This document shows positions 1 through 11,247 of a DNA stretch of 64,000 nucleotides, in pieces. Source of the stretch: an uncultured Parachlamydiaceae bacterium. Its GTDB lineage: Bacteria; Chlamydiota; Chlamydiia; Chlamydiales; Parachlamydiaceae. Positions within the stretch are counted from its first letter, which is position 1; every line of letters starts with the position of its first letter. The stretch is taken from contig CAVVXH010000011.1 of NCBI GenBank assembly GCA_963752155.1, positions 64,001 through 128,000 on the forward strand, given 5' to 3'. The notes under the pieces are model-generated. The model worked only from the letters and a program-made list of their open reading frames with translations, was not told where the DNA came from and did not search any database. The translations under genes were made by a program, and so were the position numbers.

Positions 1-1118
1 CAACTTATGTGACTTCCGGAAAACTCGAAGAACTTATACTTCTAGCTGAAAAGCTCGAAGCTGATGTCGTGATCTTCGATGACGAGATCTCTCCTGCTCA
101 ACAACGCAATCTAGAAGCTGCTTTTAAGCGCCCCGTCATCGATCGCACCGAAGTCATCCTCGGAGTCTTTGCTCAACGAGCTCAAACTAAAGAGGCCCAA
201 TTACAAATTGGACTTGCACAAACAAAATACCAAGCTCCTCGACTTAAGCGACTCTGGACCCACTTATCTCGCCAAGCAGGAACGACCGGCGGAGGAAGTG
301 GTGGAGGAGGTTACCTAAAAGGTGAAGGAGAAAAACAAATTGAAATCGATCGACGGATCTTAAAACGAGAAATCGAGCACCTGCAAAAAGAACTTGAAGA
401 GGTGCGCGCCATCCGAGAAACTCAACGTTCTCTGCGAGTCAAAACCGGAGTCCCAGTCTTAGCGATTATTGGGTACACCAATGCAGGCAAATCCACACTT
501 TTAAATGCTTTAACAGATGCAAATGTCTTTGTCGAAGACAAATTATTTGCAACTCTTGACACGACGACTCGCAAATATATGCTGGAAAATAATCAAGAGG
601 TCTTGCTCATCGACACTGTCGGGTTTATTCGCAAATTGCCACATTTACTGGTTGCAGCCTTTAAAAGTACTCTTGAAGAAGCCCTTTACGCAGATATCCT
701 TCTTCATATCATTGATGTTAGCCATCCTATGGCTGAAGAGCAAGCTTCTGCTGCGCTTGAGGTTCTTAAAGAATTAAATGTTAAAGATAAGCCGATCCTC
801 ACACTCTTGAACAAGGTGGAGTGCTGCAATGATATCGTCAAATTAACCCGAATGAAACTTCTGTATCCAAAGTGCATACTGATTTCAGCCTTACACAAAA
901 CCGGCTTTGAAACCCTTCAAGAACAGATCATCACAGAACTCAACCAAAGAAGGCAAATTGTCTCTTTGTGTATCCCTCAAAGTGAATATGGGATTGTCAG
1001 TGAAATCATGCGTGTTGGACGAGTCCTCTCACAAGACTATGAAGAAAATGATATACTGATCAAAGTCGAACTTCCTACGGCTTTAGCGAATAAACTTAAA
1101 CAATATCTATTACCATGA
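1..1118 (+). CDS. hflX: GTPase HflX (5' end lies upstream of the window)
   Basis: Motifs DRTEVILGVFAQRA, GEGEKQIEIDRR, G1 GYTNAGKST, LFATLD and G3 DTVG; the frame is open to the window edge. Confidence 0.97.
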   Translation, partial: TYVTSGKLEELILLAEKLEADVVIFDDEISPAQQRNLEAAFKRPVIDRTEVILGVFAQRAQTKEAQLQIGLAQTKYQAPRLKRLWTHLSRQAGTTGGGSGGGGYLKGEGEKQIEIDRRILKREIEHLQKELEEVRAIRETQRSLRVKTGVPVLAIIGYTNAGKSTLLNALTDANVFVEDKLFATLDTTTRKYMLENNQEVLLIDTVGFIRKLPHLLVAAFKSTLEEALYADILLHIIDVSHPMAEEQASAALEVLKELNVKDKPILTLLNKVECCNDIVKLTRMKLLYPKCILISALHKTGFETLQEQIITELNQRRQIVSLCIPQSEYGIVSEIMRVGRVLSQDYEENDILIKVELPTALANKLKQYLLP

Positions 1119-1834
1119 CTTCCGACCCCAATTCTTCGACAGTTCCTTACTCCATTTGGGATTTACCTAAAGAAGAACGTCCACGTGAGAGGTTGTATCG
1201 TTTCGGAGCCGAGTCGATGTCGACAGCTGAGCTCATCGCTATTCTTTTGGGACATGGAATCAAGGGACGTCCTGTTTTACAGCTCGCGCATGAAATTATC
1301 TCTCACTTTGGCTCTTTACAAACTCTTTCCGATGCGACTGTAGCTGAACTCTGCCAAATTCGAGGACTCGGTCCTGCAAAAGCGATACAGCTCAAAGCGG
1401 CGTTTAATTTGGGAGCACGCCTTTCAAAACAAGTACTTTCCCCCAAATACCGAATAGAACATCCTATTCATGCGTACCATCTTGTCAAAGATGACCTATC
1501 TAAAGAAAAAAGAGAATTTTTTGTAGTGATTCTCCTCGACACGAAAGGATTTGTGATCGCCCAAGAAATTGTCTCCATTGGAACAGTTTCAGAAACTCTC
1601 ATCCATCCACGCGAAGTATTTTATCCGGCAATTCGACATAAAGCCTCAAGTCTCGTGCTCGTACACAATCATCCCAGTGGCGATCCTACTCCCTCAAAAG
1701 AGGACTATGAAATAACCGAACTTCTTGCAAAAGCAGGAAAGATGATGTCTATCCAGGTACAAGATCACTTAATTATCGGCAGTGAAAGCTACATCTCTTT
1801 AAGGCAAAAAGGTGGTTTTTCATTTAACTCTTGA
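1115..1834 (+). CDS. radC: RadC/UPF0758 JAB-domain protein
   Basis: N-terminal ERPRERL, HhH motif GLGPAKA, JAB motif HPREVF...HNHPSGD...DH; overlaps the hflX stop (ATGA). Confidence 0.95.
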   Translation: MTSDPNSSTVPYSIWDLPKEERPRERLYRFGAESMSTAELIAILLGHGIKGRPVLQLAHEIISHFGSLQTLSDATVAELCQIRGLGPAKAIQLKAAFNLGARLSKQVLSPKYRIEHPIHAYHLVKDDLSKEKREFFVVILLDTKGFVIAQEIVSIGTVSETLIHPREVFYPAIRHKASSLVLVHNHPSGDPTPSKEDYEITELLAKAGKMMSIQVQDHLIIGSESYISLRQKGGFSFNS

Positions 1835-1859
1835 AAAAAGATGACAATTCGAGTATAAT
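1831..1859 (+). promoter_or_regulatory. sigma66/sigma70-type promoter for the giant ORF
   Basis: TTGAAA(1831-1836)-17 bp-TATAAT(1854-1859); GAGG RBS precedes ATG 1926. Confidence 0.6.
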
Positions 1860-1925
1860 ATGTATAGCACAAATAAAAAAAAATCGTTATTTTTTAAATA
1901 TATAATCGTTAATAATTGAGGTCCC

Positions 1926-4900
1926 ATGAATGAAGTAAAAAGTGCACATCGCACAGACATCTCCAACACCGCTCAAATACCTGTTGCAACAGGGAATAAT
2001 TGGCTGAATGGAAGATTGTTCTCTTGGTTTAACGGTACAAAAACACCTGTAACCCCTCCCGAGCCGACTAAAAATGCCCCTGGACTTTTAACCAGATGGG
2101 GAATTAATGCTGCTGCGAAGTTATTTGGTCCATTAAAAAGGGCCCTCCAAGCTGCTCCGATTTCTTATCGTGACGAATCCGTATTAATAAGAATGCAATC
2201 TTTGGATAAAAATAACCAATTGCCTGCTCTCGTTGAATCGATGATTCAATTTTTGGAAAAATCTATCGAAGAAACCCCCTCAAAAGAATTAGGATTTGTA
2301 GAGAATATTAAACAAAATACTTCTAAAAATGCCTTGAAAGATCCTGAAATAAGAAGTGCCTTGAAAGAAATTCTTATAAAAGGTCTCGCAAATCTAGCGT
2401 GCAGTTCCCCTGTTTCTAAAAATGGTGAAGAAGGGCAATTCCTTACAAATCTTATAAAGAACTTATCCAACGTTCTGAATCCGAATGAAGGCATTTATTT
2501 AAAAATACGTTCGATGGCCGCCGAAGAAGATCACGTTATTTCAGTTCTACAGACTGAACTTGAACTCAAAAGGCAAACAACCCAACAGCAGATCTTAAAA
2601 AAAGAAAAGCAAATAAAAGACCTCGAAAATTTGATGAATGAAGACAATCTTTCAGAAATTGTCGATAAGTCTAATGGAATCGCTAAAGAAGTGACTGAAC
2701 TTCAAAAAAAGCTTGAAAGCCTAAGCAAAGAAATCGACCAGATTATTGCAATAAAACACAGCTACATGACTTACATTACAGAAAATCCAGGTCAACCTTC
2801 CACATTTGAAGAGGATGAATTCTATGATTCCCCTATGATTGAAAAGGACTGGTTTGAGAATGAATATTTTAAAAAATCACTTAATTTAGATTTTAACTTA
2901 ATTTTCCCACAGATTTTAGAGGCTATTGGAATTTCAAATGGATACGCAATAAAATTACTGACCGGAAAATTAGGCTCCTTGATTGAACCCCTTTGGAATA
3001 AATACATAGGTAAATTAAATACCTTATCGACTTTCTCTGCCGAAAAAGAAAAGAACCTAGAAACGATTTCTGGCCGTTCAGAGCTAAGCGAAGGGGTCTT
3101 GAAACTTATCCAACAGTTAATTCCTATCGTTGCAGTAGAAAAGAAAGAGAAAATCATTACTTTTATTTCTGAAGCTGCAAAACAAAACATTCATATTGAT
3201 CCACTATGGATCGAAAATCTAGTGGAAGCCTTAGGCAACTCTAAAGATCCAGGGCTTCAATCAATGCTATTGCTGGTTGCTCAAATCTCCTATCCTCGTG
3301 TGATTAGAGTCATAGAGCATCTTGCTTGCAGCCAACCTCAAAAAGGACTAAATATCTTAGAGGCCGCTCTACTTAATAGCGTCGAGCTTCTCAAACGCCA
3401 CCTAAAGGGCAAAGAAACCAAACTTCATCATGCAATTATCAGCTACGATAAGAATGGCATTCAAGCCAAGGCTTATCAAGCTTGTGCCCTTTATCTTCAG
3501 CAGACAAATACCCGTTCATTCAATTTAAAAGATGAAAATATTGATGAGATACTCAAAGAATGGAGCGATAAAGAAATAGAATCTTTATACTCTAGTTTTC
3601 CAAATGAAGCGTCTGAAAGAAGACATTTATTATCATTTTTTAAATATGAAAAAGGAAAGTCGGCTCAGGAAGAACAAAATGAAACTCTAAGGAGCACATT
3701 TGGTCCGTTAGCAAAGGAATTCCTAAAAGAAACTGGTTTAGATCAAGATCTTCAAAACGCATTTGATATCGAAGGTGATCCCGTTGGAAAAGAAAAATTT
3801 GAAGAATTTTGCAATGTCAACGTCCCTGAGTATTTTTTAAGCTTTTACCGTTTCTTTGATGAGCCTGAACATACACCCGGTAGGACTCAGAAACTCGAAC
3901 AAGTCCTTCAAGATTTTGTCGACAATTTTTCAAAAACAGCTCAAAACGATGGTATTGGTGAGAATCTCCAACAACATAAAGACCTATTGGCTGCAGTCAC
4001 TAAAGAGAGTCATTTGAGCCCAGGGGTGATTGAATTATTTGCAAAAACTATTCATCGAATCAATTCCAATTGGCTTTCTGCGATATTTAAAGCTTTAGAA
4101 GAGAAAAAATTTATTTCTGATGAAACACAAAAGAAGCTTGCAATTCTGGACCCTAATACTCTACTCCCAGCTTTTGTCGATGCTTTGTCAAAAGTGGGCT
4201 TTGAGCAAGTCAACGAATTGATCATCAAACATTTAAAATGTCTTCCACAAGCTTCTTTGATTGCAAATGCACATGCAGCAATTCCTTCTGAAACAATAGA
4301 ATTTCAACCGTTTGTGGAGCTCTTTATTTCGAAAACTGTTCATCGCATTTTGGCAAATTTAGCTGCTTCCTGCGAAGATGAACAAAAAAATGGGCTATTT
4401 TCGAACATTGTTAAAAGCATTGTCTCTACAATCACTCTAGAAAATCAAGAAGAGTTCACTCCTCAAGGAACTGGACTTGAGACGCTAGAAAAAATATTGG
4501 AAGATTGTCGCACGGCTAAAAATGCCAAAGAATTGCGTGCTAAAATTTCAGCAAGTATTTTGGCAAAAGCTGATTTCAAAACGGCTTCAGATCTACAGTT
4601 AATGTTGCTGCCCTTTGGCAACGCCAATTTAGAAAACATTGTTTGGGAACAAATAAATGCAAAGATCCCTGATTTTCTCATGCTATTGTGTGAAGGAATT
4701 AAGTACCATTCGATTCTGCCCGAAACAAAAAAAGCAACCCTCAATGGCATGGAAGGACGTGAGAAATTAAAACGCGATTCAAAACTACTCCTTAATAAAT
4801 ATTCACCAACTATATTTGAAACATTAGCAAAAGAACCATTCCTCACACAAATCAGTCATTGCACTAAAGATTTTCTTGATTCAATGAAAATCGAGGGCCT

Positions 4901-7900
4901 AGATCGTGTTTGGATCACAGAACTTTTGAAAAAAATGAGCCTTTCAGGAGATGCGACCATACGCAGTATGAGGGAAATCGTAGAGTCTATCATCTTTCCA
5001 CGATTGTTTGGAGCCCTAGATAATGCAGCAGTGCATGATGGCAAAATTCCTACAACCGGAAATTTCCTCGAACGGATCATCACCAATAGCGTCAATGTGG
5101 TTCAGAATGCCATCGATGGCAAGCAAGATATTCTCAATGTCGGGACTAAAAGATACGATAAACTTTGTTTACAGGTCGAACCTGCGAATGGAGAGATCGT
5201 TATTTAAAAGAGGTTAAAGGAATCAAAGCTGCAAACTGCCATAAAGCTGCCCAACATTTGGACGAGAAGGATATCGTGCGATCCTAAATCTTTATGCCGT
5301 TGGATATAGCTCTCATGATGTCGAAAAAGCAAAAGATTCAAATTATACAGATACAAAAAAACGGATGCTCGAAGAGGCTTTAGTAAATAGCAATAGGCCG
5401 AATGAGAACAAGTGCGGACACCCTTAACAAATTTCTTCAAAAAATCCAACTTAAAAGCGCTTAAAAAAGAAGAACAACAAGAATGTTTATCCGATGTTTT
5501 TGGTCCTGCTGCAGACGAAGTTTGTAAAATTGACCGGTTTTACGACGGACAAAGCATTCTCTCTTTTTGCTGCAGATTTCAAGATCGTGCGTGAAATGGT
5601 CGTTCCTCTTGCCATTTCGATCATTTATCGCGATCTTAGCGACTTCAATGGGATACGTGCTAATAATACAGAAAAATTGAAAACTTACTTTGGAACAACT
5701 GTTGAATTTGCCGATACAGGCAGCCAATATGACTCTCAAAGTGGCCGTGCAAACAATATCCAAAAGAATTAAAACTCTCCTGAATACTGAAGGAGCCAAA
5801 CTCGCCGCTATGATCGGAGCCCATTTGCCTGCCTCAAAGGATTCTATAGTAAATGCTATTCAAATGATTGCAGCAGCGAACGGAGAAAATCCTAATGGTC
5901 AAGCTGCTAACAGGATCTTTCAATTTACAGAAGATCTCATCCATGCAAATCTAATGCAAGTTCTAGCTGCAGCTTGCGACAATAGTCGAATTCCGCAAGA
6001 GGCTAATGAGGCTGTTTCTTCCCCAGCGCAAATTGTGAGTAACAGTAAAAAATTTCTCTCGCAAAAAGCGACTTCTATTGTGCATTACTTAAGACCTTCG
6101 GAAAATAACGCAGAACTACTTAAACGAAACGAGAGACTTACAAAAACAAGAAGAACTTGCAGACCTAGAATCTAAGAATGAAACCAAGAATTCCTTCCGT
6201 TTTACTAAGCAATTTTATCACCAATTTGGGTGGTATTTTTACTAATAGAAGGGAATATCTTAGAACCGAAATGGCTAAAATGCAGCCTGCACTTGCTAAA
6301 CAACGACAATTGGCAGCTCAAGAGAACTGGAGCCCTGAAACACTAGAAGAAGAACAAGCTAAGCTGCTAAGACCTCTATTTTTAGGGATCAGCCGTGACT
6401 TAATTGAACTCAGTGGTCTCACAGCCAAAAGTTTGTATTGTCCGGAAGCCCTGCAAGAAGAGGTGTGGAAAGCTATTACGGAAACATTAGTGCCTGATCT
6501 GATCAGCAAATGCTATACTGATCTCACTCCATGGGAAATCAATTTAGAAAAAGATAAAAAACAACTAGCCAGTATCATCCCAAACGGCCCCGGAGCTGTA
6601 AAAGCGATGACACATTTTGCCTTAAAAGTCGTCCAGAGTAAGCTTGCAGTGGAGGGAATCCAATCTTCTGAAGAACTTTTTGATGCTCTTATACAATTTT
6701 TTAAAGACGCAAAATCTGTAGAAGGTGACAAAATTGTTAAACTTTTATCTGCAGAAGCTACAAAAAGAGCTTTTATGGAAATGCTCGATAAAAATGTTTC
6801 AGACGCTGCTAGAGCTCCCGAAATGCAAGAAGTATTAGGAGCCATCGAAACATTTATTGAGCCGATTATCGACAAAGTGCTGCTGGCAGTTGCTGAAAAC
6901 CTCAGCGCTGTTGAAGACAATTATCCTGAATGTCTTAAGGAGATCACAACGAAATGTATTTTAGCTGTGACCGAACACTTTGAAAAGCTTCGAGCGACAG
7001 CTCTTAGCCACAATGTTGCCAATGCTCATGAGCTCTCCTACGCTCAGTTAATGCAAGGGATGACCTTAGATGGAAGCACTCGTGAATATATCTTTAAAGA
7101 AGCAAAAGTCTTAGAAGCAAAGGCTAAACTAGAAACAGCGCAAAAAAAATTGGGTCAATGGCGTATTCTAAGTTTGAGCAAACAAGAAAAAGACTCTTTG
7201 GGTAACCAATTATCTACAGCAGAGAAAGAATTAAACACTGCTATCGAGGAAATTGATGCTTTTGTAAAGAGCCATTGGTCAGACGAAGGCAAAGCTATTA
7301 AGGATTATTTGCAGAAAGAACGTGAACTCACCACCGTCAGAAAACGAGTTGCTTTAGCTAAAAGAAGTTTTGCAAGATGGCTCCCATGGAGCACAGAACT
7401 TCAGCGTGCAACGGCAAAATGCCGAGGAATAGAAGGGGAACTTTTTGAAGCAAGAAATGCTTTGAAAATGAGTAGAATACAGGAAAAAGAAGATCCCTTG
7501 AAATCTCCGGCAGAGGCTGAAAATCGAATATTCGATCTCTTTTCAGATGAAGCTTATATTAAACAATTAGAAAGTCTAGAAAACGGGGACTTATCAGATG
7601 AAGAGGAGGCTGAGGTAAAAAAAGCAATAGCTATCAATAGTATAGACACTTTTTTCAAACCTTTAGCGAATGAAATCTTCAGCTTAGTGAATGTCGAACA
7701 GTTCGATGAAATTCCTTTCCTAGGCCTTTTAGGAGACAAATTAAAGAAAGATTGTATCGAAAAAGCTAAAGAAAAGATGCCTGAAATATTGTATCAGGTT
7801 TTCGAAACTCTTGGTGAACCGACAATGTTCTTAAATATCTTTAATTCCATTTTAGAAAAGCAAGCTGCCTCCGGAGGACTTCCTGCACAACAAATAGAAA

Positions 7901-8724
7901 ACGCAAAAGACCTTACCGATGCAAACGATGATTTCGATAAGATCGGAGGGCAGATTGTCATGGCTGCTATAGAATTAATGCCCTCTCGTGTTGAAGAAGC
8001 TATTTTCATGCTGACTAGGGTTAAAGGAATGACGAAAGAGCTTGCAGGAAAGGCTGTTGGAGCCGAATTGCGCAAATTCCTCAAATCCGAGTCCATTATA
8101 GGTCTGATCAATCAAGCCCTAAAATCAGGTGTAGAGTCGATTCTACCCAATGCTAGATGGAGCTCTGATGAGTGGGATGAAGAGGGAGAAATCATCTTAG
8201 GCAAGGAAGAAAAAATGCCTCAAACTTTGGAAGATTTCCAAAAGGTTGAAGCAAAGAAGATGGATGAAAAGCAGCTCTATGAGAAGGTGAAAAATGGGAT
8301 TGCAAGCGTAACATCAGAGATTATTAAAAATACGATTCAGGAAAAAATCAATGCGGCTTGTGATAGCGTAAATAATCTAACATTTAAAGTCATTAGAAGT
8401 ATTTTGAGTGAAGATAAAGCTGTGAAAGTCGCTTCGGCCTTAAAGGTGTTCACGAGTTTTATCTACAAAATTTGTGCAGCTGTCATTGAATTTATTGTAA
8501 GTCCACTTTGGTTGCTTACGAGAGTATTGATTCTTAAGCCGAAATCGGAGCAGCTTGCCAGTACGATTCGTTGCAAGGCACATAAGCGTTTAATTCACCA
8601 ACTTCCAATGATTGTTTTGGAAATTCTCAAAAGAGAACGCCTGAAAATTGCAAAGATGAAAGCCGAAAAAGAGGCTGAGGAATTGGCCTTAGAAAAAGCC
8701 GGGGAGGCAATAATCGTAGGATAA
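1926..8724 (+). CDS. Giant (~2200 aa) helical repeat protein of unknown function, broken by several frameshifts between ~5160 and ~6200 (assembly error or pseudogene)
   Basis: ORFs 1926-5207, 5412-5594, 5494-5772, 5690-6175 and 6178-8724 are collinear on one strand and share an internal repeat motif (EEQ..L...F.P.A.E....G). Confidence 0.65.
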
Positions 8725-8738
8725 CTCTAGGAAAAATT

Positions 8739-8996
8739 GAGATCTTACATGTAAAGTATCGTAACAACTAAGAAATTGCGCAAATTGTAGCTCATCATTC
8801 CGTTGTTGAGTGTAGCCACGTAGCCTCCATGTGGTCTAAACCACTGCGTGAAATCGCAATAACCAAAAAATTGCGCAAATTTCTTAGCTGTTACGATTTC
8901 ACACAGTGGTTTAGACTATTTAGAGGCTACGTGGCTACACTCAACAATTGGAATGATGAGCTACAGTTTGCGCAAATTTCTTAGCTGTTACAATAC
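8739..8996. repeat. Palindromic element family A, copy 1
   Basis: GAGATCTTACATGTAAAGTAT leader followed by a ~240-bp imperfect hairpin (8756-8996); a near-identical copy lies at 31788-32046. Confidence 0.92.
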
Positions 8997-9001
8997 CATC
9001 T

Positions 9002-9063
9002 GACTATTCTGCAGTGAAATGGGGAAAAGTCAAGACTTTTCCCCATTTCACTGCAGAATAGTC
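9002..9063. promoter_or_regulatory. Perfect 30-bp inverted repeat upstream of the AAA/DUF4143 gene (operator-like)
   Basis: GACTATTCTGCAGTGAAATGGGGAAAAGTC-AA-GACTTTTCCCCATTTCACTGCAGAATAGTC, ending 13 bp before ATG 9077. The repeat is certain; the function is inferred. Confidence 0.6.
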
Positions 9064-9076
9064 GATAGAGGTAAAA

Positions 9077-10198
9077 ATGCAACGTTATCAAGAAAAATCG
9101 ATTATTAAAGATTTACATAAAAAAATGGTATTTCTAGCTGGCCCACGCCAAGTCGGCAAAACGACACTGGCAAAGCAAATAGCAGAAAAATTTAGTTCTT
9201 CTCTCTATTTAACCTATGATCGCTCAGAAGATCGCAGGATCATGTCAGATGAAGCATGGCTTTCTTCTGTTGAATTGCTCATCCTTGATGAGATCCATAA
9301 AATGCCTGGATGGAAGAATTATTTAAAAGGGGTTTATGATACAAAACCTATTCATCGGAAAATTTTAGTCACAGGAAGTGCTAGGCTTGAAATATTTAAT
9401 CAAGTTGGAGATTCCTTAGCAGGGAGATATTTGCTGCAAAGGCTGCTCCCTCTTTCTCCTGCCGAATGCTACAAAATTAATGCACCTTACAGTTTAGACC
9501 GTTTTTTAGAAAGAGGTGGTTTTCCTGAACCGTTCTTAGCTAAAGATGTTATTGATGCAAACCGCTGGAGATTGCAATACACAGAAAGCCTTTTGAGTAC
9601 AGACGTTTTAGATTTTGAAAATATACAACATTTAAGAACGATGCGTTTGATTTTTGAACTCTTAAGAGAAAGAGTGGGTTCTCCGATTTCATATACATCC
9701 ATCGCCGAAGACGTTAATGCATCCCCTACAACAGTAAAAAAGTATATCGAAGTTCTAGAAGCTCTTTATATTATTTTCAAGGTGACCCCCTATTCAAACA
9801 ACATTGCACGAAGTCTTCTCAAAGAGCCTAAAATCTATTTCTTTGATGGAGCTTTGGTTAAAGGAAATGAAGGAGTCCAATTTGAAAATCTTATCGCCAC
9901 ATGCTTACTTAAACATGTTTTTGCTAAAGTAGATTTGTTTGGAGAAGTGAATGCACTCCATTATTTGCAAACAAAAGAAAAGCATGAAGTCGACTTTACA
10001 ATTGCAAACGAAGAGGGCCCTCAGCTGATGATCGAAGCAAAAAATAGAGACTCCACAATTTCCCCAGGGTTGCGCTATTTTTATGATAAATACAAAATTC
10101 CTGCAATTCAATTGGTAAAAGACTTGAAACGGGAACGGGTCGATAATAGTATAGAAGTAAGATTAGCAAGCAATTTTTTACCCACTTTGGAACTATGA
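9077..10198 (+). CDS. AAA_14 ATPase with DUF4143 / C-terminal PD-(D/E)xK-like domain
   Basis: Walker A GPRQVGKT, Walker B LILDEIH, TGSA, GGFPE, KIYFFD, EVDF...IEAK. Confidence 0.92.
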   Translation: MQRYQEKSIIKDLHKKMVFLAGPRQVGKTTLAKQIAEKFSSSLYLTYDRSEDRRIMSDEAWLSSVELLILDEIHKMPGWKNYLKGVYDTKPIHRKILVTGSARLEIFNQVGDSLAGRYLLQRLLPLSPAECYKINAPYSLDRFLERGGFPEPFLAKDVIDANRWRLQYTESLLSTDVLDFENIQHLRTMRLIFELLRERVGSPISYTSIAEDVNASPTTVKKYIEVLEALYIIFKVTPYSNNIARSLLKEPKIYFFDGALVKGNEGVQFENLIATCLLKHVFAKVDLFGEVNALHYLQTKEKHEVDFTIANEEGPQLMIEAKNRDSTISPGLRYFYDKYKIPAIQLVKDLKRERVDNSIEVRLASNFLPTLEL

Positions 10199-10203
10199 TA
10201 ACA

Positions 10204-11246
10204 TTACCTCTTAAAGTTGTCTAAAAAATATAGGCCCACTCCAAAATCTATCGCTTCTCCACAAGTCTTGACTGTTGCCGCCGTAGAATTCAAACTGCGT
10301 AACCGAAAAGATTTGAGATCTTTCTGAAAATTAAACGAAAGTTTCTGCTCCCTTGCAGAATGAAAAATTAAACGCCTTGCCTGCTTCTTAGACCACTCAA
10401 GATCCAATTTACCAATAAGACCTAAGCGAACATTGCAATAACGTCCAGCATGTAATTCCGGTATTAAACAAGGCAATATATCTACTGTTCCTCCACGCAC
10501 ATCGACAAGCATTTGCTTAATTAACTGCGCTCCTCTTGTCAGAAGCAACAACGGGCTATGATGAAGCTCAATACCACTCATAGGTAACCCAAACCCTTGA
10601 TGCAGTCGATCCGCAAGAGTAGGACTAAATAGTCCTTCAAATCCCACAAGAAAAAGATTTTTTATCAATTTTGCCAAATGAAGAGAATCCTTTTGAACCA
10701 AAGCTTCTTGGATGTGATCCAAAAATAATGCGCTTCCAGAGCTATGCAAAGCCATCTCTGGTATCATCTGCCCTAACCGAAACCAAAAAGGCAAAATCTC
10801 TGCTAAAACCATACGTCGATTGACTAATGTCCAATCAGCTTTTTTAGTCACTCCAAATGAAAGAGCTTCACATTCTGGCTTTGTCTCATTTGGAAACTTC
10901 TGACGCACTTTTCTGGAAGTATCTCAGCCATTTTCTCAGAGACTAAGTAAAATTCATTTGAACTTTCGCGCTTAGATTCAATTCGATAACGAAAATACCC
11001 CTGAACTCCTTCTCCAAAAACTTTTAGGCAACCTCTTTCCATATCTTGCAGCACAGTAAACTTTTTTACTGGTCCTTGTATTTTTATCGGAAATTCAGCA
11101 ACTAAAGCCGGCACCGAAGAAGATAGATCGAAAACTTCTACATACGCTGGGTAGATCCGAAAAGTCAATGTTGTAAAGGGTAAGATACAAAAAGTCCCAG
11201 GAACATGCACAAAGGGACGAAAGCGTTCAGCTATTTCAATGAGCAT
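10204..11246 (-). CDS. Conserved hypothetical protein with a GH95-like C-terminal beta domain; split by one frameshift near 10910
   Basis: Two overlapping ORFs are joined by adding one A to the GAAAAG run (PEK|VRQKF). The C-terminus ILPCL..ELHAGR...DLEWSKK resembles the GH95/GH65 C-terminal motif. Confidence 0.65.
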
Positions 11247-11247
11247 T

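Noticed and set aside
1115..1834. radC as a marker of a mobile or defence element
   Set aside because: It is the full-length form, translationally coupled to hflX, with no integrase or phage genes nearby.
10848..10912. Programmed frameshift in the GH95-like gene
   Set aside because: A single missing A in a short homopolymer repairs it, and there is no clear slippery heptamer with a stimulator; an assembly indel is more likely.
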